Source: Candidatus Bathyarchaeota archaeon (GTDB lineage Archaea; Thermoproteota; Bathyarchaeia; Bathyarchaeales; Bathycorpusculaceae). From it: 64,000 bases of DNA. Below, piece after piece: positions 28,708-38,229 of this stretch (positions within the stretch are counted from its first letter, which is position 1; every line of letters begins with the position of its first letter). The notes under the pieces were generated by a model that was not told the origin of the DNA, did not search any database, and saw only the letters and a program-made list of their open reading frames with translations. The stretch spans positions 64,001-128,000 of the forward strand of contig CAWAKC010000004.1 of the NCBI GenBank assembly GCA_963782525.1. The letters are read 5' to 3'. A program made the translations under genes and the position numbers.

Positions 28708-28881
28708 GTGATAATTTTTCCAGAAAAAAACACTAAAGGAGAATTCACAATCCTGCAAAAAAAGAAGAAACGAGAAATAATCGAGGAAGGCAAACACCAA
28801 GTTAATATTCCTTCTGATGTCAGCGAAGAAGAAAAGAAGGCTTTAGAGCAAACAGGAGACGACGCAACTTCTGGCTGGTAA
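28708..28881 (+). CDS. Small charged protein of about 57 aa ending in DDATSGW (absent from the ORF track)
   Basis: GGAGGTGA SD, open frame, T-rich tract after the stop. Start codon ambiguous (GTG, ATA or ATT). Confidence 0.55.
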   Translation: MIIFPEKNTKGEFTILQKKKKREIIEEGKHQVNIPSDVSEEEKKALEQTGDDATSGW

Positions 28882-29111
28882 AACTTACTTAATTTTCTTT
28901 TTTTTGATTGATTAATTTTCTTTTTAATAAACCGTCAAAATGTACTCCAAAAAACAAAAAATTCCAAAGTTATTTGTTTTAGATAGAATAAATCTTATAT
29001 TCTAATTCAATATGCTGAGCCAGTGGAGAAGCGCCTGAATAAAGCCATAATAGAAATCAGGTGCATCAAACATTTTTCCCAAAAATCAACGTTGCTGTTA
29101 TAGAAATAGGG

Positions 29112-29231
29112 GTGCTTCTGTCAATTAACGACCGACTCTTGATAAAAGGACCGTTAACTGATTTTGAGCAAACTGTTGATTCGATTCAGATTGACCTAAA
29201 AAAACATTCAAAGCGTCGGAGGCGGACATAG
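29112..29231 (+). CDS. Possible 39-aa protein
   Basis: GGGGTG SD-like signal; reads VLLSINDRLLIKGPLTDFEQTVDSIQIDLKKHSKRRRRT; no recognisable motif. Confidence 0.25.
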   Translation: MLLSINDRLLIKGPLTDFEQTVDSIQIDLKKHSKRRRRT

Positions 29232-29587
29232 CGTGCGCTTAAGATGCTACGGGTTAACGATGCCAAATGCTAAGTCACCATAATTTGGTTCGTATTAATT
29301 ATTTTCGTGCACTCTTTATATATTTAGTAAAAAGCCTCGCTATGGTATAATTTCGCGCTCGTTTTCAGTGGGCCATGTCACTATTCTTCGCGGACAATCT
29401 TCCTTTTTTTCTTTAAGCGCCAATATTTGGCAATCAAAGGAATGCAAACAAAATCGACCTAACCTAAGGAGTTGGATTTATAGATACATAGAGGTGGATG
29501 GTGTAAGAATCGCAGTTTTCCAGCTATTTTATAAGAATCGATAAATGTTTCGTTTTAACTCATGTTTGGAATTATTGTTGGGTTGCT

Positions 29588-31171
29588 GTGAGTAAAGCTT
29601 CAGATATAGCCAAGACATCAACGAGAGGTAGTTTTCACTATTTATGGGGCTTAGTACTTTCCACAGCGATCTCAGCCGTTGGCACAATATTCATAGCTAG
29701 GCTGCTAGGCTCCGACCAATACGGACTATATACAATCGTATTGGCTGCGCCATCGCTCATCGTTACATTTAGGGACTGGGGAATAAACTCCGCCATGATA
29801 AAATTCACAGCTCAATACCGTGCTGAAGAGAGAAACGCAGAAATCAGAAGCATATTTCTCACAGGTGTACTCTTCGAAGTTATATTAGGCATAGTTCTCT
29901 CTTTGATCTCGTTTGCATTCGCCGGTTTCTTGGCAACTAGCCTTTATAACCGACCTATCATTGCACCACTCATCGAAATCGCCTCATTCTCAATCCTTGC
30001 CGGCGCGCTAATAACAGCAGCTACTGCAGCTTTTACGGGTTTTGAAAAGATGGAGCAAAACAGTATAATGCTCGTTTTCCATAGCATCTTTAAAACCGTT
30101 TTAATAGTCGCTCTTGTGCTCTTAGGATTTGGTGCTTCCGGAGCAACCACTGGATTCGTAATTAGCACTTTTATTGGGGGATTAATCGGGATCGCTCTAG
30201 TCTGGAAACTTTATGCAGATTTGCCTAAGTTCAGTGGATACGTCCTGCAAATCAAGGCGTATTTAACTACTATGCTGACTTATGCTTTGCCTCTGTCTTT
30301 TGCCTCAATCCTATCGAGTCTTTTGCCGCATTTCTACTCCTTCCTGCTGCCAATCCACTACTCCACAGACAACACAATGATCGGAAGCTATGGTATTGCA
30401 AATAACTTTGTCGTTCTCATATCCTTCTTTGCTCTACCAATCACTGCAATGATCTTCCCGGCTTTCTCCAAGTTACATCCCATAAAAGATAAAGATACCT
30501 TGGGAAGCGTTTTTCAGTTCTCAGTCAAATACGCTTCGTTATTTGTTGTACCTATGGCAGCATTAGTTATGTGTTTAGCCGTACCTGCCGTGTCTACTTT
30601 GTTTGGCGCTACTTACAGTGCGGCCCCGCTTTTTTTGGCGTTGCTCGCATTTCAGTATCTGTTTACTACTTTCGGCTCATTGAGCATTGGCGGTCTTCTG
30701 AGTGGCCAGGGAAACACAAGTTTTATTTTGAAAATGGCAATTTTGACTATATGCGTCGGTTTCCCCGTTGGCTATGTGGGGATTATTTATTTTGGTGTTC
30801 TGGGCTTAATTGTAACTTCTTTAATCGCTGGTTTGCCGAGCTTAATTTGGGGGCTGCTATTTGTCAGGAAAACTTATGGTGTCTCAGTTGATTGGTTGTC
30901 CTCTGCAAAGATTCTAGTCGCCTCATTAATTGCTGCATCTGTGACCTTTGGAGCAATTTCAATCTTTAGTTTTTCTAGTTTGGTTGAACTCGTCTTAGGC
31001 ACAGCAATCTTTGTGATCGTTTTAGTCCCCTCCGTCTTGTTGGTTAGATCTATAAGCCGTAGCGATATAGCAAACTTGCGTGGAATGGTTGGAGGTTTAG
31101 GTACGGTGGGTAGATTGTTTACCAGAGTTTTGGATGTTTTGGAAAAAATCATAGATGTCTTCAACCTATAG
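29588..31171 (+). CDS. Oligosaccharide flippase (Wzx/MOP superfamily)
   Basis: ARLLGSDQYGLY, about 14 TM segments, FPAFSKL. Confidence 0.88.
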   Translation: MSKASDIAKTSTRGSFHYLWGLVLSTAISAVGTIFIARLLGSDQYGLYTIVLAAPSLIVTFRDWGINSAMIKFTAQYRAEERNAEIRSIFLTGVLFEVILGIVLSLISFAFAGFLATSLYNRPIIAPLIEIASFSILAGALITAATAAFTGFEKMEQNSIMLVFHSIFKTVLIVALVLLGFGASGATTGFVISTFIGGLIGIALVWKLYADLPKFSGYVLQIKAYLTTMLTYALPLSFASILSSLLPHFYSFLLPIHYSTDNTMIGSYGIANNFVVLISFFALPITAMIFPAFSKLHPIKDKDTLGSVFQFSVKYASLFVVPMAALVMCLAVPAVSTLFGATYSAAPLFLALLAFQYLFTTFGSLSIGGLLSGQGNTSFILKMAILTICVGFPVGYVGIIYFGVLGLIVTSLIAGLPSLIWGLLFVRKTYGVSVDWLSSAKILVASLIAASVTFGAISIFSFSSLVELVLGTAIFVIVLVPSVLLVRSISRSDIANLRGMVGGLGTVGRLFTRVLDVLEKIIDVFNL

Positions 31172-31355
31172 CGCTTCAATCATTTCAATAACGTAGTATT
31201 CGATTTTTGATTTGACTCTTGGTAAATTTCATATACCAAGAATTTAACCCTGACAATGCAATAAAACTAATTGAAGTTGACTTCGAGCATCAGACTGAAA
31301 TTGAGGGAATAAACTGTTCAGAAAAAGGAATCGCTATAATGGATAATTCCAAAAG

Positions 31356-32486
31356 CTACGGTATTATTTCGCATCCATTGTACTTCAAGTAATCGAAATC
31401 TTGGATTGTAACCTTTCCCATCCGGATTAATTTCTGGATTCTTGGAATTTCTCCTTTCACTGTTTCGATTAATTGCTGGACTGTGTGGCAGACTTTGCTG
31501 TAAGCCTCATCTGTCCATCGCTTTGTGATGTTGGTGTATAGACATCTGCCGCCACATAAACCGAGGATAGAGCATTTGCTGCAGGGTTTTTCGTTAACAA
31601 AGAGCTTTTTTAGTTTAAGTGGATCCGTGTCTTTGATGTGTCCTAAATAGTATTTTTTCATGCCCCACATGGTTGGGCAAGGCATGATGTAACCGTTCGT
31701 TTGGATAGCATAGTTTATCCAGCCTCCGCCGCAACGCATCAGTGCATTTTTTTCCTCATGCAACAGCGACCCTGCAATTCCCAACAAAGGATAAAGCTTC
31801 AACACCACACCTTTCTCCTGTATTTGGTCAACCCAAAAATGTGCAAGTTCTCGGATGCCAGGGATGTAGCTGGCTTTGGTCCATTCCTCAAAGTTGCGTC
31901 TGTGGTAATCGTTGCCCCAGAAACCCGCGTTAAGCTGCCAATGAATCGACGAAAAAGAAAACTCATCATTATTTAGGAGCCATCTGACTTGTTTGTTGAG
32001 GTCGGTTTGCTCCATTATAGTCATTCGGGCAATTAATTCTCCTTTAAAACCGTTTTTCTTGATTAGTTTTAGGTTGTCGATAACTTTTCGGAATGTTCCT
32101 TTTCCACGGTAAAAATCCGTTAAATCCTCCTGTCCATCGATGGAAACCAGGATGGTGTGGAAACGGTTAACATATTTGGGCTCCAACTTATCTAAGAGCA
32201 ACCCGTTTGTTTGAATCATAAAATGTTTAGGCTCAACCTTATCCATGATTTCCCTGAGCTTTTCGATTCCCAGCAAGGGTTCGCCGCCGTAGAAGGTTAA
32301 AACGCATTCGGGGTCTTTGCGGCAGAATTCTTTGAGCAGTTCCACATCGTAGTTGAGTTTGCGGGGCAAGTTGTAGTCTATTTCTATGTCGTCGCCGAAG
32401 TCTTCGTCGAAGTCGTCAAGGCTCTCTCCAAAGCAATATTTGCACTGTAAGTTGCAGTCGCTGGTAAGTATCACGTGGAAGAACAT
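31356..32486 (-). CDS. Radical SAM/SPASM protein resembling the archaeal AF0577 (TIGR04084) family of putative peptide modifiers
   Basis: CNLQCKYC, FYGGEPL, QTNG, CGGG...PCP, CSKCSILGLCGGRC, C-terminal CEIIP. Confidence 0.85.
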   Translation of the reverse strand: MFFHVILTSDCNLQCKYCFGESLDDFDEDFGDDIEIDYNLPRKLNYDVELLKEFCRKDPECVLTFYGGEPLLGIEKLREIMDKVEPKHFMIQTNGLLLDKLEPKYVNRFHTILVSIDGQEDLTDFYRGKGTFRKVIDNLKLIKKNGFKGELIARMTIMEQTDLNKQVRWLLNNDEFSFSSIHWQLNAGFWGNDYHRRNFEEWTKASYIPGIRELAHFWVDQIQEKGVVLKLYPLLGIAGSLLHEEKNALMRCGGGWINYAIQTNGYIMPCPTMWGMKKYYLGHIKDTDPLKLKKLFVNEKPCSKCSILGLCGGRCLYTNITKRWTDEAYSKVCHTVQQLIETVKGEIPRIQKLIRMGKVTIQDFDYLKYNGCEIIP

Positions 32487-32510
32487 GCGTGCAATGTATG
32501 GTCTGCTGGT

Positions 32511-33839
32511 TTAATAGTATTTTTCCGCCAATTTCTTAGCAGTCTCGTATTCATCGCTGGTTTTGGTGCCTTCCGACTCTTCGTTTGCTTGTATCTTCAG
32601 CAGTTTTCCTTTTTTGCTAATCTTGCCAGATTCCGGTTGTGCTTTCTTTTTTGCATTTTCAATGTAGCCTTTAAGCTCTCTATCCTTTATTATTTTGTCA
32701 GGCAAAGTTTCAGGTGCATACACCAAGGGCAAAACAGCCAAGAAGAGGAAGAAGGCAATAAAAGAGAACAGTGTGCTTGGCAAAATGTTGTTGGCTATAG
32801 AGTTTCCCAAAGCGATTTGTAGGAATCTTGAAATGAAAAATGGCAAAACGCCGAGGGCGTAAATTGTGTCGCTTGAAGAGTTTTGGCTTAAATCGCCCCA
32901 GATAGTCACTACGAACACCACGATGAGTACACCCCACGTTAAGCCATCTAAAATCATGTAAACGTACCAGCTAGAAAGCTCTGTGGGGAAAATGCCTAAC
33001 AAAGAGAAGCTTAAACCCAGCAAAGCAAACCCGACGATGGTTGCTGATTTTCTGCCGAAGTAATCCATTATGAAACCGGCGGCAAGCGCTGATACTCCGC
33101 CGATTCCGTTGCCGATGATTGTTAGAGTCGCTAGGGTTTGTTGATTAGAAATAACGTTGTTTTGAACTGGTGTACTCAAGTAATTCACGAGAGAGAACAT
33201 GACCCATGGAATTACATACAACAGAAAAGACCTTTGATTAAGAACTGAACGAAAATATGCAGGTTTAGTTTCTAAGCCAGAATCTTCAAAGGGTTTCACT
33301 AAAAGAAAGACAAACAGCGCCATTAATCGCCAAATCGACAGCAGTGCAATGCTACCAACGTCTCCAGTGTTCAACAAAGCCAACGCGAAGAATCCGATGG
33401 CGCTTGAAAACATTGTGATGCCTCCAAATCGGCCACGGTTGTCGTTTTTTGTGGATTGAGTAAAAAATGCCATGCAGTTTGGCATTCCGATTCCTATGGA
33501 AAAGCCAAGAAGACCTGCAGTCAACAGCATTATGGGAACCACAGCAAAATGGACAGCCAGAAGAGGTAAGGGCGAAACAACTCCAAGCAAAATCCAAAAT
33601 AGGAAAAGTGTTTTTCTGTTAACTTTCCTTACTAGCAATGCTCCGCTTACCAAAGAGAGCATTAACACGGCAAAATGAACAGCCCAAATCAGCAGTATGT
33701 TGAAGTTACTTATTGTGGCAACTGACAAAGTTTGATCTATTGTCCTGGCGGCAAGAAAATACCAGATAAAGGCGTTCGCTACTAAGAAAACGCTTGCTAT
33801 AGCGGTTTGTCTTGTAGCATTTATTTTTATGGATTGCAC
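32511..33839 (-). CDS. MFS-type membrane transporter
   Basis: About 12 TM helices, GFIMDYFGRK (motif A-like), RGRFGG, charged C-terminal tail. Confidence 0.82.
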   Translation of the reverse strand: MQSIKINATRQTAIASVFLVANAFIWYFLAARTIDQTLSVATISNFNILLIWAVHFAVLMLSLVSGALLVRKVNRKTLFLFWILLGVVSPLPLLAVHFAVVPIMLLTAGLLGFSIGIGMPNCMAFFTQSTKNDNRGRFGGITMFSSAIGFFALALLNTGDVGSIALLSIWRLMALFVFLLVKPFEDSGLETKPAYFRSVLNQRSFLLYVIPWVMFSLVNYLSTPVQNNVISNQQTLATLTIIGNGIGGVSALAAGFIMDYFGRKSATIVGFALLGLSFSLLGIFPTELSSWYVYMILDGLTWGVLIVVFVVTIWGDLSQNSSSDTIYALGVLPFFISRFLQIALGNSIANNILPSTLFSFIAFFLFLAVLPLVYAPETLPDKIIKDRELKGYIENAKKKAQPESGKISKKGKLLKIQANEESEGTKTSDEYETAKKLAEKYY

Positions 33840-34017
33840 TGTCCTGTTACATATGCCTATTTTTGTATCTTAAGTCACAGGATTCTTGCAGATAAGGGTT
33901 CAGAATTTTAAAGATTTATTAGAGATAAGTAAAATTGCCGGTCCAGATATTTTTCCAATTGAGGTGGCTTAGGCGATACTTTGTCCATTAAACGCTAAGT
34001 CACATGAAGCTCAACCC

Positions 34018-34033
34018 ACAAAGCTTTTAAGTA
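34018..34033 (+). promoter_or_regulatory. BRE/TATA promoter of the YWW mini-gene
   Basis: ACAAAG-CTTTTAAGTA about 35-45 nt upstream of the ATG, similar to AAAGCTTAAATT upstream of the gene at 25799. Confidence 0.55.
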
Positions 34034-34065
34034 TACACGTTCAACAGAAATACAGGGAAAGGAGT

Positions 34066-34107
34066 ATGAAAAAACCAATTAGACCTATACGCGGATATTG
34101 GTGGTAA
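34066..34107 (+). CDS. 13-aa peptide MKKPIRPIRGYWW, candidate prenylation/RiPP precursor (absent from the ORF track)
   Basis: ATG...TAT TGG TGG TAA, purine-rich leader GGGAAAGGAG, TATA upstream, T-tract downstream; flanked by the MFS and prenyltransferase-fold genes. Confidence 0.6.
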   Translation: MKKPIRPIRGYWW

Positions 34108-34134
34108 ATAACCAAAATTTAACACCTTTTCTTT

Positions 34135-35145
34135 TTATTTGTTCTCCAAACCTTGTAGCGAAGACTCTAACACTTTAACAAGTGTTTTCCTTTTGTCTGC
34201 CTTCACGCTAGACAGGAAGCTGATGCCCGCCTGTTTTGACGTCACCATTTCGGTAATTAATTTTTTTACTATGGGAGCGTTGGTGACAAGGTCTTGTATT
34301 TTTTCCAATTGAGTGTCCGTCATTTCTCCGCAGGCAAATTGCGCAATTATTTCCTTTTTTAGGGGAAAATCTTGAAGGGCATATAAAACGGGAAGCGGTA
34401 AACATTCATTTTTGTACCTGTTCGTGAGTTCATCCTGCTCAAACATGTCAATAAATTCATCTCGAATAGTCATCAACGTACCCAACACTCGTCCGTATTC
34501 CCCCAAGTTTTCAATCTGCTCAGGGGTTCCATTTCCAACGATGGCACCGATCTGCGCTGCCGCAGCTGCAACTGACGCCTTCAAGCTGATAATCTCAAAG
34601 TATTTCTGTGGTTCCAAATCGAGGTTTCGGCGTTGGCTGGCTTCTTCAGCTTCAGCGCTGCCAATGCTAAAGAAAGCTTCCTTTGCCAGCTTCAAAATTG
34701 CATTTTTCTTTTCTGAAGTTAACTGGTCACACGCTTCGCTTAGTAGAAGTATCCCTTTGAACCATAAAACATCTGCCGCTATGATAGCCATGTCTCGCCC
34801 AAACCTGCCGTAAACTGTGGATTTGCCATCTTTCTGTTCGGATTCATCAATTATGTCATCATGGATGTCTGCGGCTCCAGCTAACAAAACCAAAGCAGAA
34901 CCAATGCCGCTTGTGGACTCGGGTTGTCCACCAACTGCTTCACAGGTCAGAGAAAGAAGCGCAGGATGAGATGCATCAAACCAAAATTCCTCCATAAAAA
35001 AGCGGAGGGCTTCACGAAGAGGCTCAAAGGTGATTTGCTCGTTTTCGACGGCTTGTTTTGCCTGCGACATAGCGTTTTTTGAGTGTTCAATTAAGATGTT
35101 TTTTACTTCTTCCATTAAAGATTCGTCGGTTTGCATGGCGGTCAA
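34135..35145 (-). CDS. Atypical class I isoprenoid synthase-fold protein (ComQ-like prenyltransferase candidate)
   Basis: FARM ADIHDDIIDE is retained. GKRxRP is replaced by WFDASHP, RRG by KDG, and SARM by IRDEFID. Confidence 0.85.
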   Translation of the reverse strand: MTAMQTDESLMEEVKNILIEHSKNAMSQAKQAVENEQITFEPLREALRFFMEEFWFDASHPALLSLTCEAVGGQPESTSGIGSALVLLAGAADIHDDIIDESEQKDGKSTVYGRFGRDMAIIAADVLWFKGILLLSEACDQLTSEKKNAILKLAKEAFFSIGSAEAEEASQRRNLDLEPQKYFEIISLKASVAAAAAQIGAIVGNGTPEQIENLGEYGRVLGTLMTIRDEFIDMFEQDELTNRYKNECLPLPVLYALQDFPLKKEIIAQFACGEMTDTQLEKIQDLVTNAPIVKKLITEMVTSKQAGISFLSSVKADKRKTLVKVLESSLQGLENK

Positions 35146-35245
35146 CTGTCAAACCTTTTAGTTGACTGAATATTTGTCTTTTTAGGTTCCGACAAATAAG
35201 TGAAAGCAAAACTCTTAATAGCTAAGGCTCAAATCAGAAGGTTTC

Positions 35246-38128
35246 ATGAGCCAAACCAAGCATTTCGAGCAGAAATGGCAGGCCAAATGGGAAGCGGCAC
35301 ATGTTTTTGAAGCTGACCCTGACCCGAAAAGACAAAAAGTTATGGTTACTTTTCCTTTTCCCTACATGAACGGTCCATTGCATGTGGGACACACTTTCAC
35401 GGCTTCCCGAGTTGATGCTTATGCACGGTTCAAGCGTATGCAGGGTTTTAATGTTCTTTGGCCTTGGGCTTGGCACTGGACTGGTCAGCCGTTGCTTGGA
35501 GCTAGCCAACGTGTGGCTCGAGGTGACCAAGAATTTATTCGTGTACTTCGCGAAGTCGATGGTGTGCCGGAAGAGACGATTAAAAAATTCGTTGACCCAC
35601 TCTACATGGCTCAATACTACACTGATGAAGGGCGCTTAGCCGTCAAAAGCATTGGCTTCTCAGTGGATTGGCGACGGGAATTCACAACCATAATGCCAAC
35701 ATTCCAAAAATTTATTGAGTGGCAGTACAAGAACCTCAAAGAAAAAGGCTACGTCACAAGGGGTACACACCCAGTGGTTTGGTGCCCAAAAGACAAAAGC
35801 CCAACAGGCGATCATGACCGCCAAAGCGGAGAAGGCGTAACCCCCGAAGAATATACTCTGATAAAATGCAAACTCGATGACGGTACAGTTTTGCCAGCAG
35901 CTACTTTCCGCCCCGAAACCATCTACGGTATCACGAACATTTGGATAAACCCCGACGCCACCTATGTGGAAGTAACCGTTAACGGCGAATGCTGGATTAT
36001 CAGCAAGGAAGCTGCTGAAAAACTAAAAGAACAAGAAAGAAAAGTTGAAGTAAAACGCGAATTTAAGGGTAAGGAACTCATCGGCAAAACATTCGAAAAT
36101 CCTGTCACAAAGCTTAAGTTTCCGATTTTGCCCGGATGGTTTGTTGAACCAAAAACCGCTACAGGAGTAGTTTACAGTGTCCCCGCCCATGCTCCCTACG
36201 ATTGGCTTGCACTCAGAGATTTGCAAGAGAAACCTGAGGTTCTTGCACAGTTTGGCATGGACTCATCGGTTGTGAAGGCGATTAAGCCAATATCGATTAT
36301 CAAGGTTGAGGGGTTCGGTGATTTTCCGGCAGTTGAAATTGTCGATAGAATGGGCATTAAAGACCAAAACGACCCCAAAGCCGACCAAGCAACAAAAGAA
36401 CTGTACAAAAAAGAATTTCACCGGGGAGTTCTAAAAGAAAGTTGTGGTCCTTATGCTGGCAAGAGTGTACGTGAAGTCAAGGATATTCTGATAGCGGATT
36501 TCAAGAAGATGGATGTAGCCGATAGCATGTATGATTTGTCGGAGCCAGTAGTTTGCCGTTGCATGACCCAGTGCCTAGTAAAGATTCTCTCAGATCAATG
36601 GTTCCTAAACTATTCAGACCCAGAATGGAAAGAAAAAACCCATGCCGCAGTCGCTCAAATGAAAGTATACCCCGAATCAGCTAAACCCTGGTTCAACACG
36701 GTTATTGACTGGCTACGTGAATGGGCATGTGCAAGAACCACGGGTTTTGGAACGCCGTTGCCATGGGGCAAAGGCTGGATAATTGAAACCCTCAGCGACT
36801 CCACAGTCTACATGGCATTCTACACCATAAACAAACACATAAAACAACACAACATAAACCCGCTATCGCTTAAGCCTGAAGTTTTTGATTACATATTCTG
36901 TGGCAAAGGCAATGTGACTGAACTTTCGAAAGTTGTAGGGATCAAAACGGAGTTACTGGATTCAATGCGGTCTGAATTCCTATATTGGTATCCATTTGAC
37001 CTGCGAAACTCAGCTAAAGAACTTGTGCCCAACCATCTTTCATTCTGTATCTTCCACCACGCAGCATTGTTCCCTCCTGAACATTGGCCAAGAGCCATTG
37101 GCGTTAACGGTATGCTTATGGTTGAAGGTCAAGGGATGCACAAAAGTAAAGGCAACTTCATAACCATGAAAGGTGCTGTAGAAAAATATGGAGCTGATGC
37201 TACCCGATGCGGTTTGCTTTTGGGAGCTGAAGGTATGGATGACCCAGATTGGCGAGCCGAAAACATAAGCGACTTACAGAGCAAGTTTGAAGCCTTAATG
37301 GCTTTTGCAAGCTCAATAATCATATCTGTCAAAAACGATGAAGAAACATCACTGGAGAGATGGCTACAGAGCAAGCTTCAAAGCCGAATAAAAGAAGTTA
37401 CCGCAAGCTTAGATGAGCTTAAAACTCGAACGGCCCTGCAAGTGGCTTTGTTTGAAACTTGGAATGATTTGCGTTGGTACATCCAACGAAAAGGCAACAC
37501 CCACGCTAAAGCACTTCTCGAAACGGTGAAAGCTTGGCTAAAGATGCTAGCACCCTTTGCACCCTTCCTCTGCGAGGAGCTCTGGAGCCAAACTGGCGAG
37601 GAAAGCTTCATCAGTACTGCTGAGTGGCCAAAGTTAGACGCCTCCAAAATAGACTCCGTTGCGGAGGAGCAGGAAACCCTGATAACTGATTTGATAACCG
37701 ACACATCTAACATCCTAAAAGCCATGAAGATAACGCCCAAACGCATATGCTTCTACACAGCGGCACCTTGGAAATGGCAGGTGTTCCTAAAAATCGTAGA
37801 TAAAACATTGACTGGTGAAGCAAAAATCGGCGATTTAATGAGAGAATTTGCCGCTGATAAAGACCTAAAACCGCACATGAAAGATATTTCAGGGTTGGTT
37901 CCACGAGTGATTAAGGCTTTAACGAAAATTTCTGGGGAGCGCAAAGCCAACATGTTGAAAATCAAGATAGCTGATGAGCAGACTGTTTTGGCAGGTGCCG
38001 TTGGCTTTTTGGGCGAACGCTTCAAAGCAGAAGTATCCGTTTACGGCGAAAACGAACAAGAGCGCTTTGACCCCAAAAACCGTGCAACAATGGCGATGCC
38101 CTACCAACCAGCAATCTACCTCGAATAA
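35246..38128 (+). CDS. leuS: Leucine--tRNA ligase (archaeal type)
   Basis: FPYMNGPLHVGH, ATFRPET, IETLSDSTVY, GMHKSKGN. Confidence 0.96.
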   Translation: MSQTKHFEQKWQAKWEAAHVFEADPDPKRQKVMVTFPFPYMNGPLHVGHTFTASRVDAYARFKRMQGFNVLWPWAWHWTGQPLLGASQRVARGDQEFIRVLREVDGVPEETIKKFVDPLYMAQYYTDEGRLAVKSIGFSVDWRREFTTIMPTFQKFIEWQYKNLKEKGYVTRGTHPVVWCPKDKSPTGDHDRQSGEGVTPEEYTLIKCKLDDGTVLPAATFRPETIYGITNIWINPDATYVEVTVNGECWIISKEAAEKLKEQERKVEVKREFKGKELIGKTFENPVTKLKFPILPGWFVEPKTATGVVYSVPAHAPYDWLALRDLQEKPEVLAQFGMDSSVVKAIKPISIIKVEGFGDFPAVEIVDRMGIKDQNDPKADQATKELYKKEFHRGVLKESCGPYAGKSVREVKDILIADFKKMDVADSMYDLSEPVVCRCMTQCLVKILSDQWFLNYSDPEWKEKTHAAVAQMKVYPESAKPWFNTVIDWLREWACARTTGFGTPLPWGKGWIIETLSDSTVYMAFYTINKHIKQHNINPLSLKPEVFDYIFCGKGNVTELSKVVGIKTELLDSMRSEFLYWYPFDLRNSAKELVPNHLSFCIFHHAALFPPEHWPRAIGVNGMLMVEGQGMHKSKGNFITMKGAVEKYGADATRCGLLLGAEGMDDPDWRAENISDLQSKFEALMAFASSIIISVKNDEETSLERWLQSKLQSRIKEVTASLDELKTRTALQVALFETWNDLRWYIQRKGNTHAKALLETVKAWLKMLAPFAPFLCEELWSQTGEESFISTAEWPKLDASKIDSVAEEQETLITDLITDTSNILKAMKITPKRICFYTAAPWKWQVFLKIVDKTLTGEAKIGDLMREFAADKDLKPHMKDISGLVPRVIKALTKISGERKANMLKIKIADEQTVLAGAVGFLGERFKAEVSVYGENEQERFDPKNRATMAMPYQPAIYLE

Positions 38129-38229
38129 TTACGTCTGATATTTTTCTATGCCCCTTTATTTAAGCAAATTTGTCTTCTATATGCTAAAGAGTTAAAGCAA
38201 ACGTTCCACGGTAACCTAAGCAGAAGAAA

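Noticed and set aside
31172-31355. Short open frame between the flippase and the rSAM as a precursor peptide
   Set aside because: No clear SD or start, it runs into the rSAM 3' end, and it has no recognisable motif.
34135-35145. Ordinary GGPP synthase for membrane lipids
   Set aside because: The GKRxRP, RRG, KT and SARM motifs are all altered.
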